64,000 bases of DNA from Candidatus Zixiibacteriota bacterium (GTDB taxonomy: Bacteria > Zixibacteria > MSB-5A5 > GN15 > JAAZOE01), in assembly GCA_043819555.1 (NCBI GenBank), contig JBDREQ010000073.1:32001-96000 (forward strand), in the 5' to 3' direction. The notes under the pieces were generated by a model. That model did no database searches. It saw nothing but the letters and a program-made list of their open reading frames with translations, and was not told where the DNA came from. The position numbers and the translations under genes are program-made. The first letter of the stretch is position 1. Each line of letters starts with the position of its first letter. Of the stretch, positions 1-9,943 are shown one piece after another.

Positions 1-108
1 TTTGTCTCTGCCGCGATAGGAAGTTGGTTTTATAACCTCGTGGCTGGCTGGATTGGCGGAATTGAAATCATCCTCGAAGAACAACCGCCCAATGTTCTGC
101 AAAATTAG
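1..108 (+). CDS. 3' end of a DUF3566-like membrane protein (partial)
   Basis: Frame 1 reads FVSAAIGSWFYNLVAGWIGGIEIILEEQPPNVLQN*, with TAG at 106-108. The YNLxAxxxGGIEI tail is typical of DUF3566-type proteins. Confidence 0.6.
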   Translation, partial: FVSAAIGSWFYNLVAGWIGGIEIILEEQPPNVLQN

Positions 109-128
109 AATTTTTTAGAGGAGAGTAA

Positions 129-887
129 ATGACTGAGAAAAATACGGACTGGTGGGAAAAATTTTTCGATGATTTCAGGCCGGTCTTTGATTCGGTTCCG
201 GTAAAAGCTTCCAATGCGGTCGTCCGTTTCGCAATCAAATACCTTGATCTAAAACCCGGTCAACAAGTTCTTGATTGTCCCTGCGGAATCGGCCGTACGA
301 CAATTTTAATGGCTCGCAATGGATTGAAAATGACCGGGGTGGATTTTCACCAAGGCTATCTGGATGAACTTGATAAAAAGGCAGCGCAGAAGAATCTTAA
401 AATCAAAACGGTACAGAGTGATATGCGCCGGATTAATTTTGAAAACAAATTTCACGCCGTCGTTAACCTCTGGACGTCGTTCGGATATTTTGAAAATGAA
501 TCAGATAATTTTCTGGTCCTCAAGAAATTTTATAAAGCATTGAGACCGGGCGGCAGACTTTTGATTCAGGCAATCAATCGTGACTATATCATTGCTGATT
601 TCAAGGAGTCGGAATGGCTAAGAATAAATCGCGGATATGTTCTTATAAAAAATAATTTCGATTTCCGAAGATCGATGATTTACGGAACATGGCATTTTGT
701 AAAAGACGGCGAGGAGAGCCCGCAGCCAATGCGAATCAGAGCCTATTCATATCACGAAATGGCGGCAATGTTTGAAAAAGCAGGATTTGTCGATGTCAAA
801 GGATATGGTTCGCCCACTGGAGAAGAAATCTCATCGAAAAATCGGTCGAATTTTATTATCGGAACCAAGCCGAGAAGAAAGAAATAG
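129..887 (+). CDS. Class I SAM-dependent methyltransferase (Methyltransf_25-like)
   Basis: VLDCPCGIGR motif I, GVD, SDMR, LWTSFGYF, LRPGG. Confidence 0.9.
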   Translation: MTEKNTDWWEKFFDDFRPVFDSVPVKASNAVVRFAIKYLDLKPGQQVLDCPCGIGRTTILMARNGLKMTGVDFHQGYLDELDKKAAQKNLKIKTVQSDMRRINFENKFHAVVNLWTSFGYFENESDNFLVLKKFYKALRPGGRLLIQAINRDYIIADFKESEWLRINRGYVLIKNNFDFRRSMIYGTWHFVKDGEESPQPMRIRAYSYHEMAAMFEKAGFVDVKGYGSPTGEEISSKNRSNFIIGTKPRRKK

Positions 888-912
888 TCTGTCTTCGGAG
901 TTATTTGTCTGA

Positions 913-1854
913 CTATGGCTGGTACCAGACACCGCCGACGAAGGCGCTGTCGAGTTCCATATCGCCATTGTTGAGAAGCCCCACGTATGGTGCGTAAAAT
1001 TCATCATATTCGGGTTCGCCATCCGGCGTATAATGCAATTGTATAATACTCTCAAATGTCCCGGCTGGAACCTGCCCGGTGACATAATCGACAAAGGATA
1101 AACTTCCTGTGATCGAACCGGCTCCGACATTATTTACAAATACCTGAGAATTATAATTATGAGGCCCGGCAGCTTCCAGATTAAATGGAATCGCGAGAGG
1201 GGGGATAAAGACATAAATATCATCGCCGGTCAACATGTGGACATAAAATCCAGCGCTGTCCGTTCCCAGGTAGCTTATTGACCAGGCTTCAGCCGTAACT
1301 CCATTATGTAAAACTCTGCGGCAAGTGCGAATGGCAATCGTTGTGTCGCCGGAAACTGTCCTGATGATTTGTTCGTCGATGGCATTGGTATAATACCAGG
1401 TGTCGCCATCAGCCATCGGGAAATAGTCCGGACCGAGTGGCACGACTTTATCCAGCTCAACCAAAATGGTGTCGGTACCGCCATTGGACGTGACAATTAT
1501 TGTTCCCGATTCGGAGCCGATATCGAGACCGCTACGGTTAACGCTCACGGCAATATGATCGGTTTCTGAAGTGGCCTCTCCGCTTGAGGGACTCAAAGCA
1601 ATCCAGCTATAATTAGATGAAACCTGCCAGTCCAGAGTACCGGTTCCCTTATTAGCGATATTGAGAACCTCGACAATGCTGCTCCTGCCAAAATCAAGAG
1701 AATTGGGCGAGGCCTCTAAAACCGGGGTAGTCGGCCGAACTGGGTTACTCCCGCTATCATCACCACCACAACCGATCAGAAATATCGCAAGTAAGGCAAA
1801 TTGAGAAAGAACCAGCAATATGTACAAGTTATTTGATTTCACGGATTTACCCAA
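913..1854 (-). CDS. Lipoprotein with a BACON/Ig-like domain
   Basis: Hydrophobic signal ending LIGC, then GGDDSGSNP linker; SPNSLDFG...NKGTGTLDWQVSSNYSWIALSPSSG matches the BACON-like pattern. Confidence 0.75.
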   Translation of the reverse strand: MGKSVKSNNLYILLVLSQFALLAIFLIGCGGDDSGSNPVRPTTPVLEASPNSLDFGRSSIVEVLNIANKGTGTLDWQVSSNYSWIALSPSSGEATSETDHIAVSVNRSGLDIGSESGTIIVTSNGGTDTILVELDKVVPLGPDYFPMADGDTWYYTNAIDEQIIRTVSGDTTIAIRTCRRVLHNGVTAEAWSISYLGTDSAGFYVHMLTGDDIYVFIPPLAIPFNLEAAGPHNYNSQVFVNNVGAGSITGSLSFVDYVTGQVPAGTFESIIQLHYTPDGEPEYDEFYAPYVGLLNNGDMELDSAFVGGVWYQP

Positions 1855-2041
1855 TCTTCAAACCTGTTTGTTTATTCCAAAATATACGCAATTAAAAAGT
1901 TTCGTCAAGCATAGTTAATTCATGAAGGTCAGAATTTCGTTTTTTGATTTTTGACAAATCGGCGGAATTGCCGTCTTAAATACGACCGGTTTTTGGACGA
2001 AAATATTTGATTGGGATTGGGATAAAGTTTGGTAAAACCGT

Positions 2042-2070
2042 TTGACAGCATATTGTTAAATTGTTATATT
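2042..2070 (+). promoter_or_regulatory. Sigma70-type promoter
   Basis: TTGACA (2042-2047), 17 bp spacer, TATATT (2065-2070) preceded by TGn. Confidence 0.6.
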
Positions 2071-2135
2071 CTCAATCTGTCGCAAGGCAGTGGATGAGAA
2101 AATATTTAGCCGTGATATACGGGAGGAAGTCCTTT

Positions 2136-3584
2136 ATGAAGACGCTGGTCGGTCTTTTAACCTTGAGTCTAATGCTAACTGTATCTGTAGTATTCGGACA
2201 GTCAACGAGTAGAGCTCTAAACGCAAATAGTTTTGGGTTTTACGGCGGCGGCGCCAGAGCTATGGCGATGGGCAATGCTTTCATCGGCCTGGCGGATGAC
2301 ATTAGTGGAGGAAGTTGGAATCCAGCTGGAATTTATCAGTTGGACAAGCCGGCTATATCTGTTTCATATAATATGTTCACTCCAAAAGGGGAATATCGAT
2401 ATAATAGAGATGAATATCTTATCAATGAAATCACTCCAAATGATATTCAACTTAATGGAATTGGCCATTTCTCATTTGTCGCTCCGGTCCGTATTAAGGG
2501 ACATCCCTGGGTATTTAATTTAAATTTTATCCGCAATAATAATAGTAGTTTTCTCAGAAATATGAAGACAAATCCATGGAGCAATTTAGACCCTGATGAT
2601 TATCTTAAGAGTGAATCTGGTATGCGTACATTTAATTTTGGCTTCTCAACGAGATTATATGATCGTCTTGCAATAGGAGTTGTCGCCAATATTTATGACG
2701 CCAGAGAAATAGTGGTTGATATTGAACGATGGGCTTATGATAGTGTTATTTATTTTGATGGAACATCTATTAATGTAAAGCATGAGAATGGCGTTACTGA
2801 TTCAATAGCAAGTAGTGGATTCAATTTTCTCATCGGTACGATGTATAAAATGGATAAGGTGAGCCTTGGCGCCGTAATTAGGACTCCCTTTCAGCTCAAG
2901 CACAATTCTGATCGCCTTTTTGAATTTTTGACTACTCATCAAGGTCTGGTTTATACTGCCGGCTCAGATACGCTATTTGATGATAATAATTTATCTAAAC
3001 AGGATTTGCCGTTGTCGATTGGATTTGGCGTCGGCCTGACTCCCAAGGAAAACATAAAAATCACTCTTGATTTTAATTATGATAAGTATGGTTCTGTAAG
3101 TTGGTTTGCCAATGATTCTACGGTGATTTCCCCGGGAGGCGAGAGAACTGATTATTACAGCGAAATACCGATTGACTGGAATAACACATTTGGAGTCGGG
3201 AGCGGGATTGAATATGTTTTAACATCTGCTTTTGGGCAAATACCGATACGGGCCGGATTTAGATTTAATCAATTACCCACGCCAAAAGATTTTAATCAGC
3301 ATACTGATATCATACTTGATATGGATGGAAATGATACTGGTGCACGCAATATGTTGTACACTGCCAGCGGGCGTCAAAATATGACTCAATTTAGTGTTGG
3401 CTCTGGTATTCATTGGTCGCAGATCCGTATTGATTTGACATATCGTATTTCTTCACAAACGGGATGGAATAGAGTAGATACAGAAACGGATATTGACAAT
3501 CCGAGCCAGATTAAGACCATATCTGTGCAAGGGAATGAGCCCAAATCGCATGAATTTAATATTAGCTTTACGGGGTATTTCTAA
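2136..3584 (+). CDS. Outer-membrane beta-barrel, FadL/OmpP1/PorV-like
   Basis: ATG at 2136 after GGGAGG; signal peptide; GGARAMAMGNAFIGLADD..WNPAG motif; C-terminal F (SFTGYF). The ORF track starts at 2061. Confidence 0.8.
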   Translation: MKTLVGLLTLSLMLTVSVVFGQSTSRALNANSFGFYGGGARAMAMGNAFIGLADDISGGSWNPAGIYQLDKPAISVSYNMFTPKGEYRYNRDEYLINEITPNDIQLNGIGHFSFVAPVRIKGHPWVFNLNFIRNNNSSFLRNMKTNPWSNLDPDDYLKSESGMRTFNFGFSTRLYDRLAIGVVANIYDAREIVVDIERWAYDSVIYFDGTSINVKHENGVTDSIASSGFNFLIGTMYKMDKVSLGAVIRTPFQLKHNSDRLFEFLTTHQGLVYTAGSDTLFDDNNLSKQDLPLSIGFGVGLTPKENIKITLDFNYDKYGSVSWFANDSTVISPGGERTDYYSEIPIDWNNTFGVGSGIEYVLTSAFGQIPIRAGFRFNQLPTPKDFNQHTDIILDMDGNDTGARNMLYTASGRQNMTQFSVGSGIHWSQIRIDLTYRISSQTGWNRVDTETDIDNPSQIKTISVQGNEPKSHEFNISFTGYF

Positions 3585-3603
3585 GAGAAAGCCTGAAAAA
3601 ACT

Positions 3604-3642
3604 AAAAAGGCGGAAGCTTATTTTGATTCCGCCTTTTTTTTC
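3604..3642 (+). terminator. Intrinsic terminator (probably bidirectional)
   Basis: AAAAAGGCGGAA-loop-TTCCGCCTTTTTTTT. Confidence 0.85.
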
Positions 3643-3704
3643 TGATATGATTTCAGTAAATTACCGATAATAATCGATGATAAGTTTATAGGAGAAAAAG
3701 ATAA

Positions 3705-4385
3705 ATGGCTCAAAATATTAAAATTACGAAGCGGGATCTCAAAGAAGATAAATTTACGACCAATATGCTTTTGGCCAAAGACTATATTATGAACAATTGG
3801 GTGATTTTTGCCGGGGGAGCGGCGGTCATAGTTCTAATTGTATTAGGAATTACCTTCTTGCAGCAAGAACAATCCCGAAAAGAAATTGCGGCTGCGGATA
3901 TTTACAATCGAGCCGCCAGTCAATTGATGGGCAAAAGCTATCCCCTGGCGATTGTTGATTATAAGTTAATTATTGATGAATACGGATCGTCAACCGTAGC
4001 TGAGCAGGCAACGTTTGAATTAGGCAACGCCTATTTTTATAACAAACAATATACTGAGGCTAAAGAAGCGTTTGAGGCATATTTATCGTCATATGAAGGC
4101 AACAATCAATATTTTACGACCTCGGCTATGGCGGGTGCCGCGGCATCGCTTGCAGCATTGGGAGATATGGCCGGGGCGGCTGATATGTACAGGGCCGCGG
4201 CTGAAAAATATCCGGATTTTGATATGGCCGGACAATATTTATATGACGCAATGAAACACTATGCCCTGGCCGAGAATCTTGAATCCGCCCGTGTTATTTT
4301 TGCCAAATTAACAAATGATTATAAAAGCAGCCGTTTTTATCGCGATGCTGTGAGATTGGCCGGAGAATACGGCATAGAATTATAA
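3705..4385 (+). CDS. Membrane-anchored TPR protein (YfgM-like)
   Basis: N-terminal KITKRDLKEDKF, one TM helix, TPR-like helices (ATFELGNAYFYNKQYTEAKEAF). Confidence 0.75.
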   Translation: MAQNIKITKRDLKEDKFTTNMLLAKDYIMNNWVIFAGGAAVIVLIVLGITFLQQEQSRKEIAAADIYNRAASQLMGKSYPLAIVDYKLIIDEYGSSTVAEQATFELGNAYFYNKQYTEAKEAFEAYLSSYEGNNQYFTTSAMAGAAASLAALGDMAGAADMYRAAAEKYPDFDMAGQYLYDAMKHYALAENLESARVIFAKLTNDYKSSRFYRDAVRLAGEYGIEL

Positions 4386-4406
4386 CAATTATTTTGGGGG
4401 TGGGAA

Positions 4407-6542
4407 TTGCTTAAGGTTGCCTTTTTGTGGCACATGCATCAACCGTATTATCGCGATCCCCAATCCGGTAATATGGCGCTCCCATGGGTCAGGTTGCATG
4501 CTTTAAAAGATTATTATGATCTTCCCGCACGGATTGGAAATTATGAAAACCTGAAAATGACTTTTAATCTGGTCCCATCGCTTTTGGAACAGATTGATCT
4601 TTATTGTGATGGACAATCTACCGACCGGCACTTTGAATTAACCACACGTCCCACAAACAGCCTGAATTCTCATGAGAAGATGGAAGTTTTTAAGATATTT
4701 TTCCAGGCGAACCAGGAAACAATGATTGATCCTTATCCGTGTTATCGAAGGATTTTTAGGAAATTCCATGATTGCAATAGTGACGCGGACCTTGCGGTTC
4801 GAACCTCGACCGTTCAGGAGATCAGGGATCTGATCGTTTGGGCAAATCTGGTTTGGGTAGATCCTATTCTAAGAAGGCGAGAACCCTTTAAAAGTCTATT
4901 TAGCAAAGGAGAGAAATTTACCGAAGAGGACAAGTCCGCTCTGGTCCATGCCCAGCTTTCTCTAATGTCAGAAATCGTTCCGGTTTATAAATCTCTAATG
5001 GAACTGAATAAAATTGAGGTTTCTTTTTCTCCGTATTTTCACCCGATTTTACCATTATTGTGCGATACTGATTCGGCCCGCGAAGCATTACCGGGTATAG
5101 TTCTGCCGCAAAACCGCTTTTGTCATCCGGAAGATGCGCGACGCCAGGTGATTCTCGCGATTGAAATGTATCAGGATAAATTCGGGAGAGATTTAAAAGG
5201 GATGTGGCCATCCGAGGGATCGATATCTGAACCTGTGGCCGAAATCTTGATAGAAAACGGCCTCAAATGGATGGCTTCGGATGAACAGGTATTATATAAT
5301 TCAGCGCAAAAATCCGGAATTGATCGAAGTGAATCCGGAACTCATAATGTTTATAAGTACAAATCATCCGGCGGCGAAATTCATTTGTTTTTTCGAGATC
5401 ATGCCCTTTCGGATAAAATAGGATTTGTCTATTCGGGCTGGGAAGCCAATCGAGCCGTCAATGATTTTATGAGTCAGCTCTATCGATTGAATGATATATT
5501 GGGGGCGGATGATAATCATGTAGTGCCAATTATTCTTGATGGCGAAAATTGCTGGGAATTTTATGCCAATGACGGCGATGAGTTTTTGAATTTATTGTTT
5601 GAACAACTTTCATCCGATACCAGGATTGAGACGGTTACAATGTCTGAAGCGGCTGAAAAGGTACAGTCAAAACCCCTCAAGCGGATATTTGCCGGTTCGT
5701 GGATTAATAGTAATTTCCGTATCTGGATTGGTCATGCCGAGGATAATCTGGCCTGGGATCTGTTATGGGAAGCACGGCGGGCGCTGTATAAATTCAGAGA
5801 TGAACACCCGGATTTCGATGTAAAAATCATAGGCAGGGCAGAAAAATCGCTTATGGCCGCGGAAGGGTCAGATTGGAACTGGTGGTATGGCGATGAGCAT
5901 CGGGGAACTCAAAACGATTTATTCGATCAAATCTATCGCAAACATATTGGATTTATTTATACTTTATTAGGTCTGGAGATACCCAGGAACGTCCTTTCGC
6001 CTATAACTAAGGCTGTTCCGGTTTCATATATAACATCTCCGGAGTGTACCGTAACCCCGAAAATTGATGGCAAACTGACATCATACTATGAATGGCTCGG
6101 CGCCGGGAAATTCGATTGCATTAAGGCGGGCGGGGCGATGCATCGGGTTGACCGTGCCATAAAAGAATTGTACTTCGTCGCTGATGAAGAATATCTGTAT
6201 TTCAGGGTAGATTTCACAAAGAAAGGTTTTTTGGTTGACAATCGTCATCTGAGTTTGAAAATTGATATTATAAACCCCGGTCAGGGTCAATTTATATTTT
6301 CGAATGACGAAATGCGTCAGGTGCCCGATTGGGTTAAAGATAAAGGCGATATACTATTCGGCATCGACGACATTGCTGAAGTCGGTTTAAAAAGGAGCAT
6401 GTTTTTCCCGGAAGGGCGCGGCGATTTATTTTTTCGATTAGGCGTTGTGGAGAATGATCAAGAACTGGAAATTTGGCCCGAGGGCGACCCGATTCATTTT
6501 GCCGTACTCAAAGAGGGAGAAGATATTATATGGGATTTATAA
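4407..6542 (+). CDS. Glycoside hydrolase family 57 (amylopullulanase/alpha-amylase-like)
   Basis: GH57 conserved regions LWHMHQP, GMWPSEG, LDGENCWEFY, AEGSDWNWW. Confidence 0.92.
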   Translation: MLKVAFLWHMHQPYYRDPQSGNMALPWVRLHALKDYYDLPARIGNYENLKMTFNLVPSLLEQIDLYCDGQSTDRHFELTTRPTNSLNSHEKMEVFKIFFQANQETMIDPYPCYRRIFRKFHDCNSDADLAVRTSTVQEIRDLIVWANLVWVDPILRRREPFKSLFSKGEKFTEEDKSALVHAQLSLMSEIVPVYKSLMELNKIEVSFSPYFHPILPLLCDTDSAREALPGIVLPQNRFCHPEDARRQVILAIEMYQDKFGRDLKGMWPSEGSISEPVAEILIENGLKWMASDEQVLYNSAQKSGIDRSESGTHNVYKYKSSGGEIHLFFRDHALSDKIGFVYSGWEANRAVNDFMSQLYRLNDILGADDNHVVPIILDGENCWEFYANDGDEFLNLLFEQLSSDTRIETVTMSEAAEKVQSKPLKRIFAGSWINSNFRIWIGHAEDNLAWDLLWEARRALYKFRDEHPDFDVKIIGRAEKSLMAAEGSDWNWWYGDEHRGTQNDLFDQIYRKHIGFIYTLLGLEIPRNVLSPITKAVPVSYITSPECTVTPKIDGKLTSYYEWLGAGKFDCIKAGGAMHRVDRAIKELYFVADEEYLYFRVDFTKKGFLVDNRHLSLKIDIINPGQGQFIFSNDEMRQVPDWVKDKGDILFGIDDIAEVGLKRSMFFPEGRGDLFFRLGVVENDQELEIWPEGDPIHFAVLKEGEDIIWDL

Positions 6543-6554
6543 TCCGGAGGATTA

Positions 6555-6950
6555 ATGTCTGAATCTTTTTTTAATCAGGATAAGAAGGATGAAAAACTCT
6601 CTGGCGAAGGGAGAATTCCGGAATTAGAGAGCGATGGATTTGATTCCCGGCCGTCTGAAGATAAGCGGATGATGGCGGTTATGGCTTATATTCCGTTCCT
6701 GTGTTTTATTCCACTACTGAAAATGCGCGATGATCGGTATGTTTATTTCCATGCCCGCCAAGGATTAGTTTTATTTTTTATGGAAATAATCGCCTTCATA
6801 TTTTCATTTCCTCATCTCAGCCAATTATTCTGGACCGCGATTATTATCGGGTGTATTGGGGCGGCTGTCGCCGGAATAATGTTCGCCGTTCAGGGCAAAG
6901 CTCACCAGATTCCCATTATTGGAGATTTGGCTAATAAGCTGAAGTTGTAA
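6555..6950 (+). CDS. DUF4870/Tic20-like small membrane protein
   Basis: AYIPFLCFIPL...YFHARQGL...IPIIG pattern; three TM segments. Confidence 0.75.
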   Translation: MSESFFNQDKKDEKLSGEGRIPELESDGFDSRPSEDKRMMAVMAYIPFLCFIPLLKMRDDRYVYFHARQGLVLFFMEIIAFIFSFPHLSQLFWTAIIIGCIGAAVAGIMFAVQGKAHQIPIIGDLANKLKL

Positions 6951-6956
6951 GTAAAA

Positions 6957-7769
6957 ATGAAATTGGAACAATCAAAATTATTATTCCCAATTCTTTTAAT
7001 AATAATCTTTTTGGCTTTTCAATCCTGCGCGACGACCGGGCCGGGCGGGAAAAAATCACTTATCCTGATATCCTCAAATCAGGAAGTAGCCATTGGACAG
7101 GAACTAAATCAGGAGCTCCAACAATCTGAGAAATGGCTCGATGATCCGGAATGGCAGGCATATATCAATGAGATGGGCCAGAAAATAGTCGCGGTTTCAG
7201 ATCGCAAAGATATTGAATATAAATTCGCGGTTATTGAATCGGACCAAATTAATGCTTTCGCCGCTCCGGGCGGTTTTGTTTTTTTCTACACTGGGTTAAT
7301 TAAAAAGATGGATAATGAGGCCGAATTGGCCGCTGTAATGGCTCACGAAATCAGCCATGTTGTGGGTCGGCATAGCATTAAAAGCCTCCAATCGGTAATG
7401 GGGCTGTCACTGGTACTGGATTTGGCTTTGGGGGAGAAATCAGACCAGACAAAGGCTCTGGCTGGAACAGCTTTGGGGATAGTTATGTCAGGCTACTCGC
7501 GCTCAAATGAACATGAGGCCGATGATTTTGGCCTGACCTATATGGTGAGAGCCGGGTGGAACCCGGACGGGATGTTATCAATGTTTGAAAAATTGCGGGT
7601 AATGAATAATGATGATAATGCCGGGTTCTTTGAAATGCTCGCTTCCAGCCATCCCCAAACCAGCGACCGAATTTCCTCGACCAGAGAGAGAATTAAAAAA
7701 CTTGGGGAACTGCCTTCAAATTTGACTCTAAATAGCCAGAAGTTTAATAACCTTAAAAACCGCCTGTAG
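6957..7769 (+). CDS. M48 family zinc metallopeptidase lipoprotein (BepA/LoiP-like)
   Basis: Lipobox FQSC; INAFAAPGG; HEISH; YSRSNEHEAD; SSHP. Confidence 0.92.
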   Translation: MKLEQSKLLFPILLIIIFLAFQSCATTGPGGKKSLILISSNQEVAIGQELNQELQQSEKWLDDPEWQAYINEMGQKIVAVSDRKDIEYKFAVIESDQINAFAAPGGFVFFYTGLIKKMDNEAELAAVMAHEISHVVGRHSIKSLQSVMGLSLVLDLALGEKSDQTKALAGTALGIVMSGYSRSNEHEADDFGLTYMVRAGWNPDGMLSMFEKLRVMNNDDNAGFFEMLASSHPQTSDRISSTRERIKKLGELPSNLTLNSQKFNNLKNRL

Positions 7770-7854
7770 TTTTGCTCACCGATTTTTGTGTTTTGGTTTA
7801 GGCTGTTATTCGAATACTCAGCAATAATAATCACAAGAAATGGCCCGTTATTGG

Positions 7855-7899
7855 TGCAATTACATGCAACATTTCCCTTGAGAAATGCAGTAGATTGCA
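7855..7899. promoter_or_regulatory. Tandem palindromic sites, candidate sigma54 enhancer (UAS)
   Basis: TGCA-ATTACA-TGCA (7855-7868) and TGCA-GTAGAT-TGCA (7886-7899), 31 bp apart. Confidence 0.5.
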
Positions 7900-8080
7900 C
7901 GTATTATGATTTGCTGTTCATTTACTAAACAGCAAAATACGCCTGATAAAAAATTAATAAAGAATAATGGGTCTAACATATCCATAATGGCGATAACAAG
8001 GCATTATGTTATAATGACTTATAATGAGATTAATCAGTGGTGGCTGCTGTAAATGTAAGATTTGCATTCATCAAATTTTC

Positions 8081-8096
8081 TGGCAGTCTATTTGCT
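8081..8096 (+). promoter_or_regulatory. Sigma54 (-24/-12) promoter
   Basis: TGGCAGTCTATTTGCT has correct GG-N10-GC spacing, about 70 bp before the sugar transferase ATG; two sigma54 activators lie downstream. Confidence 0.7.
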
Positions 8097-8166
8097 CAAT
8101 TTCAATTAATGCTTGGGATAATTAGGAAAATCCTTCAAAATATTGTGATCTTTTAGGGGGTCCACT

Positions 8167-9072
8167 ATGTATACGCACTCTGTCGGTGCCCAGCGGATGG
8201 CCGGTTTATCGATTGGTAAACATGGTTCGCAAACCGCTTTTAAGGAGAAAGATTCAGTCTACGAGTCTTTATCTTCGAGAATTGAGAAAGGCAGTCAAGG
8301 CAACTCAATTTCGGGAATCTTATTGAGTTACATTATCCTTGCTGGAATTTTAACGAATTCTGTTTTTCGGCATTGGTTGATGGTAATTCCAAGCTTTGCC
8401 TTTAAGTCGGTTTTTCTAAAGCGCGCCGTTGATATCATTGGAGCTCTGGTAGGTTTGGTTTTGACACTTCCAGTATTTATAATACTTCCAATCCTTATTA
8501 GGCTTGATTCGCCCGGACCGGTTTTTTATAAGCAATTGCGCGTCGGTCAAAATCGCCGGAGAGATGAGAGGCGACAGGAAAACGGTTCTATGCTGGGACG
8601 TGACAGGCGAAATCGCAGGCGAATAAATTTGCATGGCACGCCTTTTCATGTTTACAAGTTTCGTACAATGGTGCCTGAAGCCGAGAAAAAGTGCGGTGCG
8701 GTATGGGCTACCAAAAATGATCCCAGAGTGACACGCCTGGGAAGATTTATGCGCAAATCACGGTTAGATGAGATTCCCCAGTTTGTGAATATTCTATTGG
8801 GTCATATGTCGCTGGTTGGCCCTCGCCCGGAACGCCCGAAATTCGTTGAAGAATTATCTTCACAAGTGGATAATTACAAAATGAGACTGGATGTCAAGCC
8901 GGGGTTGACGGGACTGGCTCAGATTGAGAATGGATATGACTCTTCGGTCGCGTCGGTCGTGCGAAAAGTACAATATGATTTGCAATATATCCAGAAATGG
9001 AATATTTGGCAGGATTTCAAAATTATGATGAGGACTGTTCTAGTAGTTTTTACGGGCAAGGGCGCCTTTTAG
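8167..9072 (+). CDS. Polyprenyl-phosphate sugar (priming) transferase, Bac_transf family
   Basis: KRAVDI, DSPGPVFYKQLRVG, KFRTM, DPRVT..GRFMRKSRLDEIPQ, MSLVGPRPE, KPGLTGLAQI. Confidence 0.93.
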   Translation: MYTHSVGAQRMAGLSIGKHGSQTAFKEKDSVYESLSSRIEKGSQGNSISGILLSYIILAGILTNSVFRHWLMVIPSFAFKSVFLKRAVDIIGALVGLVLTLPVFIILPILIRLDSPGPVFYKQLRVGQNRRRDERRQENGSMLGRDRRNRRRINLHGTPFHVYKFRTMVPEAEKKCGAVWATKNDPRVTRLGRFMRKSRLDEIPQFVNILLGHMSLVGPRPERPKFVEELSSQVDNYKMRLDVKPGLTGLAQIENGYDSSVASVVRKVQYDLQYIQKWNIWQDFKIMMRTVLVVFTGKGAF

Positions 9073-9094
9073 AACTGAATTCTGTGAAAAGATT

Positions 9095-9126
9095 AAAACC
9101 GCGCTTTCACATTAAGCGCGGTTTTT
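9095..9126 (+). terminator. Intrinsic terminator
   Basis: AAAACCGCGCTT-TCACATT-AAGCGCGGTTTTT. Confidence 0.8.
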
Positions 9127-9209
9127 GTATATTGGGGATGAGTTTTTATTGCGAGAATATCAAGGATTTGATATATTTTCCCGAAATAAATCAAAAAGGG
9201 AATTTGTTT

Positions 9210-9941
9210 ATGAACCAGGCCATAAAATGGAATTTGGCGGTCTGTTGCGTTTTATGTTTGGTCACTTCGACCAGTCTTCTGGCTCAGGATGAAGGTAATG
9301 TCGTTATCAATTCCAATCCGCAGGGAGGACTGGTAAGGCTTGAGGGATTATTTGATCTGTCAGGCGTTACGCCCATTAGATTTGACCGAGTTTTATCCGG
9401 ACAGTACCGTCTTACGGTAGAGCGGGACGGTTATGAAAAGTACAAATCCACCGAGTATTTTTCCGAGACACAGCCAGCCCGGCTTGATATAAATCTCGTT
9501 AAAAAAACGAGAACCAAAGCGTTTTTCAGATCTATCGTGTTTCCCGGATGGGGACAAAAATATTATGGGGACAAAACCAAATCGACGGTTATCGCTTTGG
9601 GTACCCTTGCTTCTGTCGTAGGATATATACACTATAAAAGTGATTACGATGACAAGGTCGAAGATTTTAATGCCGCCAAACAGGCTTTTGCCGATGAACG
9701 CAGCTGGAGTAAATTAGGCGGTTTGGAAGAACGTGTCTGGGCTGCCCAGAGGGTGGCCAATGATGCGGAGAACAAGGTAAATCTTTTAATAGCTGTTACT
9801 GCCGGAGTCTATCTGTTAAATCTTTTGGACACTATTCTATTGTTTCCCGAACATAGCTCATACTCCGAATATAAGTCGATTACGGCCGTGCCCGACGTGG
9901 GTGATGACAAGGTTGGATTAACGTTGGCGGTGAGGTTTTAG
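9210..9941 (+). CDS. Secreted PEGA-domain plus DUF5683-like protein
   Basis: Likely ATG at 9210; signal peptide; INSNPQG..G.TP...GQYRLTVERDGY (PEGA); RSIVFPGWGQKYYG (DUF5683-like); C-terminal F. Confidence 0.75.
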   Translation: MNQAIKWNLAVCCVLCLVTSTSLLAQDEGNVVINSNPQGGLVRLEGLFDLSGVTPIRFDRVLSGQYRLTVERDGYEKYKSTEYFSETQPARLDINLVKKTRTKAFFRSIVFPGWGQKYYGDKTKSTVIALGTLASVVGYIHYKSDYDDKVEDFNAAKQAFADERSWSKLGGLEERVWAAQRVANDAENKVNLLIAVTAGVYLLNLLDTILLFPEHSSYSEYKSITAVPDVGDDKVGLTLAVRF

Positions 9942-9943
9942 AT

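Noticed and set aside
8048..8066. TGTAAA-N7-TTTGCA palindrome as the activator site
   Set aside because: It ends only about 15 bp upstream of the -24 element, too close for a typical enhancer, and is imperfect; it could still be a repressor site.
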